The translations under genes were made by a program, and so were the position numbers. 64,000 nucleotides of DNA. Source: Octopus vulgaris. Lineage: Eukaryota. This document shows positions 52,010 through 64,000 of the stretch, piece after piece. The DNA is taken from positions 144,460,001-144,524,000 of the forward strand of contig OX597817.1 of assembly GCA_951406725.2 (NCBI GenBank), read 5' to 3'. Position 1 is the stretch's first letter. Each line of letters starts with the position of its first letter. The notes under the pieces were generated by a model. It worked only from the letters and a program-made list of their open reading frames with translations. It was not told where the DNA came from and did not search any database.

Positions 52010-53259
52010 CAATGGGGATCAAGAAAATGGCAATGATGACAACAATGATGTTGAAGGAAGGGGAAGAGGTGGACCACGATGATGATGATGATGATGATTA
52101 TGATTATCATGATGATTGTGGTGATGATTGTGGTGATAATGATGATGACGATGATGATGATGATGATAATTGTGATGATTGTGGTGGTGATGACAACGAT
52201 GATGATTGTGGTGGTGATGATGATGATGATGATTGTGGTGATGATGAGGATGATGATGGCGATGATGATGATGATTGTGGTGGTGATGATAATGATAATT
52301 GTGGTGATGATTATGGTGGTGGTGATAATGATGATGGTGATGATGATGTGGATGATGACGCTGACAACGATGATGATTGTGGTGGTGATGATGATGATAA
52401 TGATGATGATTGATGATGATGGTGATGATTGTGGTGATGATTATGATGATGATGAGGAGGATGATGATGATGATGATGATTGTGGTGATGATGGTGATGA
52501 CGACGATGATGGTAATGATGACAAAGACAATAAGGAAGCTGAAGACAATGATGATGATGATGATGATGATGATGATGTGAAACATCAAGAAGAATTACTG
52601 ACAGGTTTCGTTGATGGTTTCTGAAGCGATTCAGTTTTTAAGTACAAGTGGAGATAACCTATATATCACAATTTTCAAATTCTCTCTCTCTCTCTTTCTC
52701 AGTCCCCCCCCCCCCGTCGCTCTCTCTCTCTCTCTCTTTCTTTTCCAGAGATTCTACTGCCTGTATGTAAAACCATTTAGCTCTAATAAATGACTCTGAG
52801 ATGGCCAGTGGAAGTAATAGACATAATAACAGGTCATTGGTTTATCTGTTAAATTGAAAGCTGTATAGTTTGGTCAGTGAACCCGAAACAGATGACTGAT
52901 ATCTTGTGTGGATGTCATCTCAAGCGTGAAGGTTATTGCTTTGACCTGGCTTTTCATCAGACCTGATTCTTATCAAGACCCACATTACATCACTGCCATC
53001 AACTTCATCACCACCACCACCACCACCACCACTACCATCAACATTGTCATCGTCATCATCATCATCATCATCATCGGCATCATCACCGGCACCTCCACCA
53101 CCACTATCATCATCAGCAGCAGCAGTAGCAGCATCGCCACCACCACCACCACCATTGACATTGTCATCATCATCGTCATCGCCATCGTCATCATCACCAC
53201 CACCACCACCACTGCCCCCACCACAACTATCATCATCAGCAGCAGCAGCACTACCGCCG

Positions 53260-53290
<31 letters not shown>

Positions 53291-53535
53291 TATCCTCATC
53301 GTCCTCATCATCATCATAACTGCCATCGTCTTTGCCCCCTTCTTCGACATTATCATCTTGGTCGTTGGGGTCATCATTGTTCATGTTATCAAATTGTTAT
53401 TATTGTAGTCATCATTCTTATCATCATCACCTCTGTCATCATCATCATTATCACCACCACCACCATCGTCATCATCTTCATTATCCTCATCACCTTCTCC
53501 ACCCCTACCATCATCAACATATTATCACCATCATG
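52010..53535. repeat. (GAT/GGT)n array 52075-52580 and (CAT/CAC)n array 52985-53535
   Basis: Directly visible. Confidence 0.92.
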
Positions 53536-53834
53536 TATGTGTATGTGTGTGTATTTGTGTGTTTTTGTGTGTGTGTGTGTGCTTGTCCTCCACCACCACT
53601 GACAACTGGTGTTAGTTTTGTTTATGTACAGAATTAGAGGAAGAATTCCAGGCAGGGAAGCTTAACCTAGAATTGAGGGGGCTTTAAGGCAAACCAAGCA
53701 AAGATAAAGAATTTTAGTAAGTAGGAAATAAGACAGGGCCCTAGCCCCTCAGGGAACTGGACTTGCTGGATATACAGAAAAGGAGTAGATATAAACTTTG
53801 TATGCAACCCTCAATATAAGCTATGGACACACAA

Positions 53835-54900
53835 GAGATGCAGCGGAATCAGAAACAAAGTATCGAAGAATATAAGCTCCATATGTGACAGATGCACTGG
53901 AGTAGGGTGGAGGCGCAATGACCCAGTGGTTAGAGCAGCAGACTTATGGTCGTAGGATTGCAGTTTCAATTCCCAGAGTGAGTGTTGTGAGTATTTATTG
54001 AATGAAAACACCCAAAGCTCTACGAGGCTCTGGAAGTGGGTGGTGGTGAACCCTGCTGTACTCTTTCACCACAACTTTCTCTCACTCTTTCTTCCTGTTT
54101 CTGTTGTACCTGTATTTCAAAGGCCCAGCCTTGTCACACTCTGTGTCACGCTGAATCTCCCAGAAGATATGTTAAGGGTGCACGTCTCTGTGAAATGCTC
54201 AGCCACTTGCATGTTAATTTCATGAGCAGGCTGCTCCGTTGATTGGATCAACTGGAACCCTTGTCATCGTAACCGAAGGGGTGCCACAACGACTGGAGTA
54301 GGATATAGGAACACACAGGAAAGAGCTTCTCTTAAATACCCAGAAGACTCCCTAAAAATAGTTGATAGTTTTTGTTCTCAAGGAGATGTAATTAGTAAGG
54401 GAGGTGATTGCTTTGAAAATATAGCAGCCAAAGTAAGAACTGGTTGGATATAGTTCAGGGAACTACTATCACTGCTGACCACCAAAACCTTTTCTCTTGG
54501 AGTGAAGGGCAGTTTGTATAACACTTATGTTAGAACTGTAATGCTGCATGGTAGTGAGATATGGTCCTTCAATGCAGAGGACTTGAGAAGACTGGAAAGA
54601 AATGAAGTGAGAATGCTCTGCTGGATGTGTGATGTGAGTGTGAATAAAAGACGTACTACAAAGGTGCTAAGTGAAAAACTGGACAGAAGAGGAATGAGAT
54701 GTGTGCAAGCAAGAAGAATGCGTTTGGTGAAGATATGTGGTGTGAATGGTTGAGGACAGCTGTATAAAGAAGTGTCGATCATTTAATGTGGTTGAAATTT
54801 ATTGAAGAGGTAGAGCCAGGCAGAAATAAGAGGAAGTGATTAAGGCTGACTTCTGGACCCTGGGTCTCATGGAGATGACAAACGAACAGGATGTCTGCAA
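53835..54900 (+). pseudogene. RTE LINE ORF fragment interrupted by a chimeric SINE
   Basis: IVDSFC..GDVISKGG...VKGSLYNTYVRTVMLHGSEIW...RLERNEVRMLCWMC. Confidence 0.8.
53909..54291 (+). mobile_element. Chimeric SINE: family B head plus family C type-1 tail
   Basis: B homology to ~54100, then C tail; 11-bp duplication ACTGGAGTAGG at 53896-53906 and 54292-54302. Confidence 0.8.
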
Positions 54901-55522
54901 TATAAGGTTCTCAAAAAGGGCTGCCCTTTTCAGTGAGACTGAATTATGCTCCAGTAGACTACCCAACTAGATCATCTCTCTCTCTCTTGTCCTTCCCTTG
55001 TCAAAAGCATCATCATTAGGTCCAGCCTCTTGCCCATTACCCTGCTCTCTTCTGCATCCCTCTGTCTTCCCAACTCATGACTCATCTCTCATCAACTCTT
55101 CGACCCTATCCAATTTTTGACTGCTGCAGATTGCCTCGCCATCCTCTCACCTTCTGTCCTCCATACAAACTTACAAGCTACCCACCCACGTTTTCTCACT
55201 TCGTACCTTATGGTGATGGAGTGGGGGTCACCTGGGCATTGCATCACTATTATCTATCTCCTTGCAGCTTCTGCTTATCATATTTCTCTTTTCTCTTTCT
55301 CTCCTTCTTCTAAATATGAATAATGCTGTACATCCTCTACAAGAATCTGCACTGACCCCCATCATGCCCCATTCACCCCAGATACTAAAGCACCAATTAT
55401 TACTTTTTTTCTTTTTTACCTGAAGACTGTCTGGTAGTACGGAATAATTAACAAGTCCAGTTTCCTTACAAAGCTTATCTAGTTACACCAAAATGGCTTC
55501 CGTTTTTGATGCTGTTTCATCT

Positions 55523-55920
55523 CAGGAGTGGCTGTGTGGTAAGTAGCAACCACATGGTTCTGGGTTCAGTCCCACTGCGTGGCACCTTGGGCAAATGTCT
55601 TCTACTATAGCCTTGGGCCAACCAAAGCCTTGTGAGTGGATTTGGTAGATGGAAACTGAAAGAAGCCCATCGTATATATGTAAATATATGTATGTGTGTG
55701 TATATGTTTGTGTGTCTGTGTTTGTCGCTCCAGCATCACTTGACAATCGATGGTGGTGTGTTTTTGTCCCCATAACTTAGAGGTTCAGCAAAAGAGACCA
55801 CTAGAATAAGTACTAGGCTTACAAAGAATAAGTCCTGGGGTTGATTTGCTCGACTAAAGGCAGTGCCCCAGCATGGCCACAGTCAAATGACTGAAACAAG
55901 TAAAAGAGAGTGAAAGAGAG
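55523..55920 (+). mobile_element. SINE family A, near full length
   Basis: Head to tail, colinear with the other copies. Confidence 0.9.
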
Positions 55921-55954
55921 TATGCCAGAAGGGTTTGCTTCTGGCAGTCCATCA

Positions 55955-56250
55955 TTTATAATGATGAGGGTTCCAACTGATCCAATCAATGGAACATCTT
56001 GCTCGTGAAATTAGCATGCAAGTGGCTGAGTACACCATAGACATGCATACCCTTAACATAGTTATCAGGGAGATTCAGCGTGACACAGAATATGACAAGA
56101 TTGATCTTTCAGATACAGGTACAACTCATTGTTGTCAGGTGAGTGGGCTGGAGCGATGTGAAATAAAGAGTTTTGCTCAAGGACGCACCACACCACTGGG
56201 AATTGAACCCATTACCTTACAAGCAGAACATCCAAACCACTAACTCATGG
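55955..56250 (-). mobile_element. SINE family C, tail type 1
   Basis: Colinear with 1096-1401. Confidence 0.8.
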
Positions 56251-56256
56251 ATTTTC

Positions 56257-56293
<37 letters not shown>

Positions 56294-56394
56294 TACACAC
56301 ATATAGGGATAAGACCGGAGCCTGGTGCAGCCTTCTGCTTCCCAGATCCGTCGAAAACCATGCTAGCATGGAGAACACGTAAAGATGATGACAA

Positions 56395-56550
56395 AGAGGA
56401 AATTCAAAAAAAAAAAACACAGGTGGTGTAGAAAACAAACAGATGTATTAGTATAACGCTCAGGACTTAAAAGAGTCTTTTACGTTTCGAGCCTATGCTC
56501 TTCCACAGAAAGAAACAAGGAGAGAAAAAAAATGTGTGTAGTGGCTACCG
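56395..56550 (-). mobile_element. Family F copy with hammerhead-like motif 56476-56513
   Basis: TCTTT CTGTGGA A GAGC-ATAG-GCTC GAA ACGT A AAAGA. Confidence 0.65.
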
Positions 56551-56565
56551 ATATATATATATATA

Positions 56566-57832
56566 TTGGGTCATCCCATAAATAATGTTTTTTTTTATAC
56601 TTCTTTTATTTTTCAAAATTTAGATAAGGTCTTTTTTAATCTAAAATATACTCTCTTTCATTTTCTTCAATGCTCTTCCATCTATCTGGTAGACTTGCAA
56701 GGCCCCTCTTCCAAAATTCATTTATCCGTAATACTCCTTCATACTATTCTGATTTTGTCTAGTGAATACATATTTTTTCCGGCCAAATGATTTTGAAGAC
56801 TGTGGAATAAATGATAATCAGATGGGGCAATGTCCAGCGAATATGGTGGGATATGGCATTGCTTCCCATTCAAAATGCTCCAGCCTTTGGAATGTCATCC
56901 TCGCTGTGTTTGGTTGTGCATTTTCCTGATGGAAGAACACCTTTCGTCTTGAAACCAAAGATGGTCATTTTTCTTCTACCGCTAACTTAAGCTGATCCAG
57001 ATGCTCACAGAAGATCTCCTTTGTTATCGTTTGGTTTGGGTTTAAAAGTTCAAAGTGGACTAAACCTTTCATATCCCACCAAACAGATAACAACACCTAA
57101 CGTGGGTGAAGACCTTCTTTAGCCTGGCGTGCCAATGTCTCTCCTTTCCCTACCCACTGTCTTCGGGGCTTGACATTTTAATAGAGAACCTATTTCTTGT
57201 CACCAGTCACTATTCGGTCCAAAAAAAGTTCATTCGTGTGACATGACATCAAAGAAGAGAGAGAGCACACATTCACTTTCTGCATGTGATTAGACTCTGA
57301 AAGTTTGGGAAAAACCCATTGACCCAATTTGCTGACTTTTCTGATGGCCAAATCAGAATGACCAAATCCAAGCTTTTCTGCTATTTCTTCATCAGTTACA
57401 ATGGAATCTTGTTCCACCATGGTTTACAGGATGTCCTCATCAAGTTCTACAGATCTTCCAGGATAAAGCTCATCTTCTAGACTGTAGCTTCTGGACCAGA
57501 ATTTCTGGAACCACCATTAACACTGGCTTATGCTTATTGTCCAATCACCATATACTGCATTAATATTCCTCACACTTTCTGTTGTGCTATTGCCTTTATT
57601 GAACTCATAAAACAAAATATGCCAAATATGCTCCTTTGTCACTTCCATTATAGCTTTGAAAAAATAACAGTTAAAATCGAACTGCACTCTTCAAAACTTG
57701 CACTAAGAATAAGGACAAGGTAAAATTACTACCTGCTTTTATAGCAAGTTGATGCAGGTAGTATATTCCGTCCCCTTCCGATTTTTAGTTCATGCAAATT
57801 GAAAAAATCGCATTATCTATGGGATGACCCAA
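56566..57832 (-). mobile_element. Full-length decayed mariner (DD34D), transposase pseudogene 56636-57648
   Basis: TA-flanked TIRs TTGGGTCATCCCATA.ATAATG; MEVTKEHIWHILFYEF..., DRIVTGDKK, PPYSLDIAPSDYHLF; stops and frameshifts. Confidence 0.92.
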
Positions 57833-57961
57833 TATATATCATGTAATTAATCCTAAACAAGGAATTTAAAAATGACCATACTTCATTCAAGAGATTCATT
57901 TAATAAAAATTGCAATAATCATGATTAATTAATTGTATGGGGTTGTTAGCAGCTATTGTTG

Positions 57962-59068
57962 TTGTAGGTAGACTGTATGACGCATGTGTATGAACAGCCA
58001 TGCTACATGGCAGAGAAACATGGGCTGTGACTGCTAAGGACATGCGTAAGCTCACAAGCAATGAAGCCAGTTTGCTCTGATGGATGTGTAATGCCAGTGT
58101 GCATACTCGAAGAGTGTAAGTACCTTGAGAGAAATGTTGGACCTAAGAAGCATCAGATGCGGTGTGCAAGAGAGACGACTGCGCTGGTATGGTCATGTGG
58201 CAAGAATAGATGAGGATAGCTGTTTGAAAAAGTGCCACACCCTAGCAGTTGAGGGAACCTGTGGAAGAGGTAGACCCAGGAAGACCTGGGATGTAGTGGT
58301 GAAGCACACCCTTCGAATTTTGGGCCTCTCTAAGGAAATGACTAGTGACCAAGACTTTTGGAAATATGCTGTGCGTGAAAAGACCCGGCAAGCCAAATGA
58401 GACCATAATCTCATGGCCTATGCCAGGGGCGTTACCAGCCCACTTATGCGTACCTTTTCCTTCTTTGGACACTAAAACTCTGCTTGTGAAGACCTGTTGA
58501 GGCAAATGAAATCGAAGTCAAAATCAAAATCAAATTCGATGACTGGCATCAGTGCTAGCGGGGTGCAAAGAGCACCATATGAGTGTGATCATTGATAGAG
58601 CAGCTAACCAGCTTCTGTGCCAGTGGCACTTAAAAGGCACCATTCGAGAGTGATTGTTACTAGCGTCGCCTTACTGGCACTCGAGCCCCGTGCTAGTAGG
58701 GTATTAAGAGCACCATCCGAGCATGATCGTTGCCAGAGTGGCTATCTGGCTTCTGTGCTGGTGGCATGTAAAAGACACCATTCGAGCGTGATCGTTACCA
58801 GCATCACCTTACTGGCACCTGTGCCGGTGGCATGTGTAAAAGGTTCGAGCGAGGTCGTTGCCAGTACCGCCTGACTGGCACATAAAAGCTCCCAAAATAC
58901 TCTCGGAGTGGTTGGCGTTACGAAGGGCATCCAGCTGTAGAAACTCTGCCAGATCAAGATTGAAGCCTAGTGCAACCATCTGGTTCGCCAGCTCTCAGTC
59001 ATTCGTCCAACCCATGCTAGCATGGAAAGTGGACGTTAAATGATGATGATGATGATGATAATGATGAT
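57962..59068 (+). mobile_element. 5'-truncated RTE LINE: ORF C-terminus (to 58400), repeat-array 3' UTR, (GAT)n tail
   Basis: AMLHGRETW...RRLRWYGHVAR...RGRPRKTW...WKYAVREKTRQAK* runs directly into family D sequence. Confidence 0.9.
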
Positions 59069-59794
59069 TGAACAGAAATTGATAAAAAAGATCAGGATGC
59101 AACAAGCAAAAAAAAGTATCAAAATATTTTTATTTGTTTTTATTGTTAATGCAACGACAATGGAGAAGTGCAGTGGTGGGGGAAGTAGTTGTTGTTGTTC
59201 ATGTTATAGTTGTTGATGTTGCAGCTATTGTTGTGGCTGTTGGTGTTGTTGTTGTTGCTATTCTTGTTGTTGGTGACAGTGGTGGTAGTGGTGTTTGTGG
59301 TAGTGGCGGCGGCGATGGCAGCGGTGATGTTGGTGACTCTGATCCAATAGAGCCATGATTAGAAATTTCTCCATCCACGACCATCCTGTATTACTGCGTT
59401 ATCCAACATACGTTTTCTTTTTACAAGTCAGTAAAAACAGTCATTTGAGGGAGAATTGGCTGTTATTTACAGTAGCTTGTACAACCACACAGAAGCTCTA
59501 CTGAAGGAAGAACAGAATAGTTCTTGGAGTGGTTCCAATATTTCCATACTTCAAATAAATGTTAGTTAATTACTAAAGTCTTAAAAACATTTCCATATTC
59601 AAATATTTACAGATCCACCATGTCTTTCCTTGTCTTTTAGTCTCTTCATCATCTGCCTCATGGAGACAGGAGTATTTGCAGATAAAACTAAAATGCAGAT
59701 TCCATGTGCAGCCAAGAATGTTGGCAAAAGATGGTTTATTTCAAAATATGGTTTTGTCTATATTTCTATCAATTTTATCAGATATTTCTTCTGG

Positions 59795-60145
59795 GAGTTG
59801 GTATAGCTGTGTGGTTAATAAGCTTGCTTCCCAATGGTGTGGTTTGGGGTTCAATCCCCATGTGTAGTACCTTGGTCAAACATCTTCTACTATTGACCAT
59901 GTCCACCCAAAACTTTGTGGAAGGACTTTGTAGATGGAAATTAAAAAGAATCCTGTTATACCTGGTTGACCCAAGCATTGGCTTAGTGGTTATGGCATTG
60001 GACTTATAATCGTAAGATTGTGGTTTCAATTCCTGGACCGGGTGATGCATTGTGTTCTTGAGCAAGACACTTCATTTCACACTGCTCCAGTCCACTCAGC
60101 TGGTAAAAATGAGTAATCCTGTTACAGACCAGGGTGCCATCCAGT
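59795..60145 (+). mobile_element. Degenerate SINE A head (to ~59955) and SINE C (59978-60145)
   Basis: A and B boxes plus core matches. Confidence 0.7.
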
Positions 60146-60378
60146 GAAGAATATATAAGCCAGAGTATTGTGGTGAAATCCTGACACCTCTGTGGGATAG
60201 CAAATCAACTGCCCTAAACCATATAAAGGCACATACGCACTGTCAGTGAAGGACAGTGTGGTGTGTGCAGGCGTTTCGTGAAGACAGTCATAGAAGTCAT
60301 CAGAAGAGATATTGTTTGTTACTTATTGCTTCTGATTTATATTTGTATTGTTATAACCTTGTTATTATTATTTTTTTG

Positions 60379-60711
60379 GACCCCCTTCGGTCATGAACAA
60401 CCATGGGATTGTACCTAGAAAGTTACCCTCTGAGGCACAAGTCCAGGCAAAGTTGTTTATGGAAGACCAGCAGTCGCCCATGCATACCAGTCTCCTCTCT
60501 GCATTCCACCGATGTTATCCAAGGAAAAGATAAAGGTTGATACAGCTTGGCACCAGTGACATCGCATCTCATTTCTACAGCTGAGTGAACTGGAGCAACG
60601 TGAAATAAAGTGTCTTGCTCAAGAACACAACATGCAGCCTGATCCAGGAATTGAACTCACAACCTAACGATTGTAAGCTCAATGCTCTAACCACTGAGCC
60701 AAACACCTTCA
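60379..60711 (-). mobile_element. SINE family C, tail type 2
   Basis: Core plus tail shared with 1501-1772. Confidence 0.8.
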
Positions 60712-61115
60712 CTAACCTTGTTATAAGTCCATGTTATAAAGTGGCATTGACAGTGAGTTCAAAGAAGGACATAACAGTGTCGACAAGACACAACACAGAG
60801 AAACCAGGAAACTGGCCCTATGTCCCTTGCTGAGTAATGGGGGCTGACTATACATGTGTATATATGTATGTGTGTGTGTGCATGTGTTTATATGTGTGTA
60901 TGTGTGTTAGTTCTTCCTTCTCTTTACTTTGCCTGAGAGTCCTAAATGAGTGTCACCATCTTGCAAGTGTTGTCTTTCATTTCTAATATTCTGTAAAAAC
61001 ATGTCTGGTCAGGGGTAAATATTACCTTATTTCAAAATAGAAGGTTGGTGACAGAAAAGGTATCTAGGTGTAAAAAATCTACCTTAACAAATTATATCTA
61101 TCCCCACTCCAGTGT

Positions 61116-61380
61116 AGAGGACACCAATACATAGGACCCCGGTGAATAGGATCCCAGTATATGGGACACCAGCCTGTAGGATACCAATAAATATGACCCC
61201 AGTGAATAGGACCCTAGCATATGGGACACCAGCTTATAGGATACCAGTAAATAAGACATCAGTTTATAGGATACCAGAGTGGAGAATATAAGCCTATAGT
61301 GTATGAGACACCAGTATACAGAAAACCAGTATGTAGGACACTATCCTATAGAATATCAGTAAACAGGACACGGGTAGGAC
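61116..61380. repeat. 15-bp minisatellite (ATAGGACACCAGTAT-like) with 60-bp higher-order period
   Basis: 61131-61190 is repeated at 61191-61250. Confidence 0.8.
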
Positions 61381-61444
61381 AAACATTATTCTATAAAATG
61401 CAGTAGAATGCTGTTATAAGTCTCTAATAGTTAGTTAGTCCACA

Positions 61445-62060
61445 TTACTCATTGAGGAGCACAAGGCTGAGAACATTTCATGTCAGTGGACATGATCTTG
61501 GATGACCTCCTTGATTTCAGAACAAGAGAGAACAGTTGCCTTCGTTTCATCTTCCATGCATCTTTTCCAGGTCTTCTTCGTCCAACTTTCCTTCAGGTTG
61601 CCAGCCTAACATTTGTCTTGCAATGCTACTCTGAGGTCTCCTAAGAGCATTACCAATCCAGCCCATTTCCTTTTCAGAATTTCATGATTGATGGGAGTTT
61701 GGTTTGTTCTATCCCACAGACTTCTGTTTGAAATGTTGTCCAACTGCCAGATCTTCAAAACATTCTGCAGACATTTGTTGACGAAGGTCTGTAGATCACT
61801 CATAATAACTTTGACAACCTTTGAAGTCTTTGATCCATAAAGAAGAATGGCCTTGACAATGGAATTGAAGATGTAGAGCTTTATTTCGAGGGAATGGCTT
61901 TGAAGTTCCAGACCAGTCAAAGACTGTTGAAATCATACCAGACTTTGCCAATCCTGGGCCTCACATCCTCCTTTATTCCACCTGTCTTTGAGACAATGCT
62001 GCCTGGATACACAACCTATGCCAGTCAAATATTCTTCCACTTCCACAGCTATTGTGCAAC
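61445..62060 (-). pseudogene. Second RTE-clade LINE 3' fragment
   Basis: KLYIFNSIVKAILLYGS...LQTFVNKCLQNVLKIW...ISNRSLWDRT...EILKRKW. Confidence 0.85.
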
Positions 62061-62685
62061 AGTGAATTATAAATTTCAGTGATGTCTAGTTAGCAATATT
62101 TAGAGTTAGCCATTGAGTATTTTGGACAACAATACAATACCAATGTAAATAGGAAATCATTGACCATATGACTGATTAGCTGGTACTCTCCAGACCTGGT
62201 CGTCTATGGCTGTCTAGTAGACTAATCATCAATAAGATTAAATGAGTACAAAGTTTTCTTTGATATATGTTCTTATATAAGTAGTAATTTATATTTATAT
62301 AAGTGCTAATAATACTCTCAATCGATAAAATGCATAATTTTTATATATGAACTCTAGTACTAACATGCTATCTTTTTGGCAGTGTAATGTGAATTTACAT
62401 ATCATCATTGTCGTTTTTGTTGTCATTATCATCGTCATGGTCGTCATCATCATTTAATATCCAACTTTCATGCTGGTATGGGTTGGATGGTTTGACAGGA
62501 GCCACTGCATGGTTTTTATAGCTGAATGTATCTTTTTAAAACCAACCACTTTACAAAGTGTATTATGTGCCTTTTTTTTTTTGTGGCACCAGCACTTGTG
62601 AGGTCACCAAGTAATTTGCAGGACAAAGTAAGAAAAACCCCTCTTGAATGAGTGGAGTAGTAGTAGAGAGAGATAAGTGGATTTA

Positions 62686-62863
62686 TGTGTCTGGGGAGAG
62701 TCATTTTCTTTTTGTGCCTTATAATTTAACACACTCACTGGTAAAATTTCCACTTATTTCTTATTTTTATTTTTAAAAATAAAAATAAGAAATAAGTGGA
62801 AATTTTACCAGTGAGTGTGTTAAATTATAAGGCACCAAAAGAGAATGACTCTCCCCAGACACA
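62686..62863. repeat. Near-perfect palindrome, 89-bp arms, no loop
   Basis: Centre ATTTTT|AAAAAT at 62774/62775; two mismatches seen. Confidence 0.9.
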
Positions 62864-63167
62864 ACAAAATATGCTTCAATACATGAACTCATATAAAGAA
62901 TCTTGCAACCAAATCCAAAAACGAAATATTCAAAAAATATATTTTGAATTAGAGGCTGTACTGAACCAGCAGATAAATGAATCCTGGTAAAGTATTTATT
63001 CTTAAAATATTGCTTTAAAACATTAATTACTTGTAACAAATAAGTACTATATGATATCGTGGATTTTGTAATGGATGGGGGGGGGCATTTTTGCGGCTTG
63101 CCCCTAACGTGGTTTACCCTAGCTATGCCACTGTAGAGCATACACTCAAAGTATAGGAAACTGGCAT

Positions 63168-63478
63168 GCTGTTGGTTATGATGGAAAGGGTTCCAGTTTA
63201 TCTGATCAAAGGGACAGCCTGCTCATGGAATTAATGTGTAAGCGGCTGAGTACTCCACAGACACGCATACCCTTAACATAGTTCTTAGGGATAGTCAGCA
63301 CAACACAGAATGTGACAAGGCTGGCCCCTTTGATCGGTACATTTTTGCCAGCTGAGTGGGCTGGAGCAACATGAAATAGAGGGTCTTGCTCAATGACAGA
63401 AGGCTCTGCTGGGTATTGAACTCATAACATCATGATCGTAAGCTGAATATCAAAGCACTACTAACCCACATGCCACCA
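63168..63478 (-). mobile_element. SINE family C, tail type 1
   Basis: Colinear with 1096-1401. Confidence 0.75.
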
Positions 63479-63734
63479 CTGAGTACAGGGAAATGAGTGT
63501 AAAAAAGAAAATGAACAGAGGATTGGAAAGGGTTGGTGGGTTAGTTCATAAGAGAATGAGAGGAGAGTGACCGATGGTTAAGGGTGGCGGTGGAGGCGAA
63601 TGGGGGTGAATAAGAAACAAGGGCTGAGATGTGGTCAGGGGTAAGCACTAGTATAGGGGAGGAAGGTTAATGATATAGGGGAGGAAGGTTAATGATATAG
63701 GGGTGACTCAGGAAAGAAGAGGTGACGAGCAGCA

Positions 63735-63821
63735 ACATACATACACACATACATACATACATACATGCATACACACATACATACATACATACATGCATAC
63801 ATACATACATACATACATACA

Positions 63822-63854
<33 letters not shown>

Positions 63855-64000
63855 GCATACACACATGTACATACATATTTACAAACACATGTACATACAT
63901 ATATACATACATGCATACATACATACATACATACATACATACATACATACATACATACATACATACATACATACATAGACAGACACATACATACATACAT
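63735..64000. repeat. (ACAT)n microsatellite
   Basis: Directly visible. Confidence 0.97.

Overview
Eukaryotic, AT-rich, extremely repeat-dense DNA (intronic or intergenic). I found no intact protein-coding gene, RNA gene or CRISPR array. The repeat landscape suggests a cephalopod (octopus) genome, but this is inference from recalled repeat content. It contains: four abundant tRNA-headed SINE families (my labels A, B, C, E); many 5'-truncated RTE-clade LINE 3' ends (label D) whose 3' UTR holds a variable array of hairpin-capable units and a (GAT)n tail; decayed DNA transposons (mariner DD34D, maT DD37D, a DD41D-like fragment, piggyBac, and Tigger-, MULE- and Helentron-like MITEs); and very large di- and trinucleotide arrays. 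Nearly all long ORFs in the track are microsatellite artefacts. The strongest unexplained signal is a set of eight complete or partial minimal type-I hammerhead-ribozyme-like motifs from about four unrelated sequence families. Most sit in or beside (TA)n arrays, and some are linked to fold-back palindromes typical of Penelope-like element ends. One of them (47683-47993) joins a tRNA-derived Pol III promoter to a hammerhead-bearing tail, a candidate self-cleaving SINE/retrozyme hybrid. Coordinates were read by eye, so repeat boundaries are approximate.
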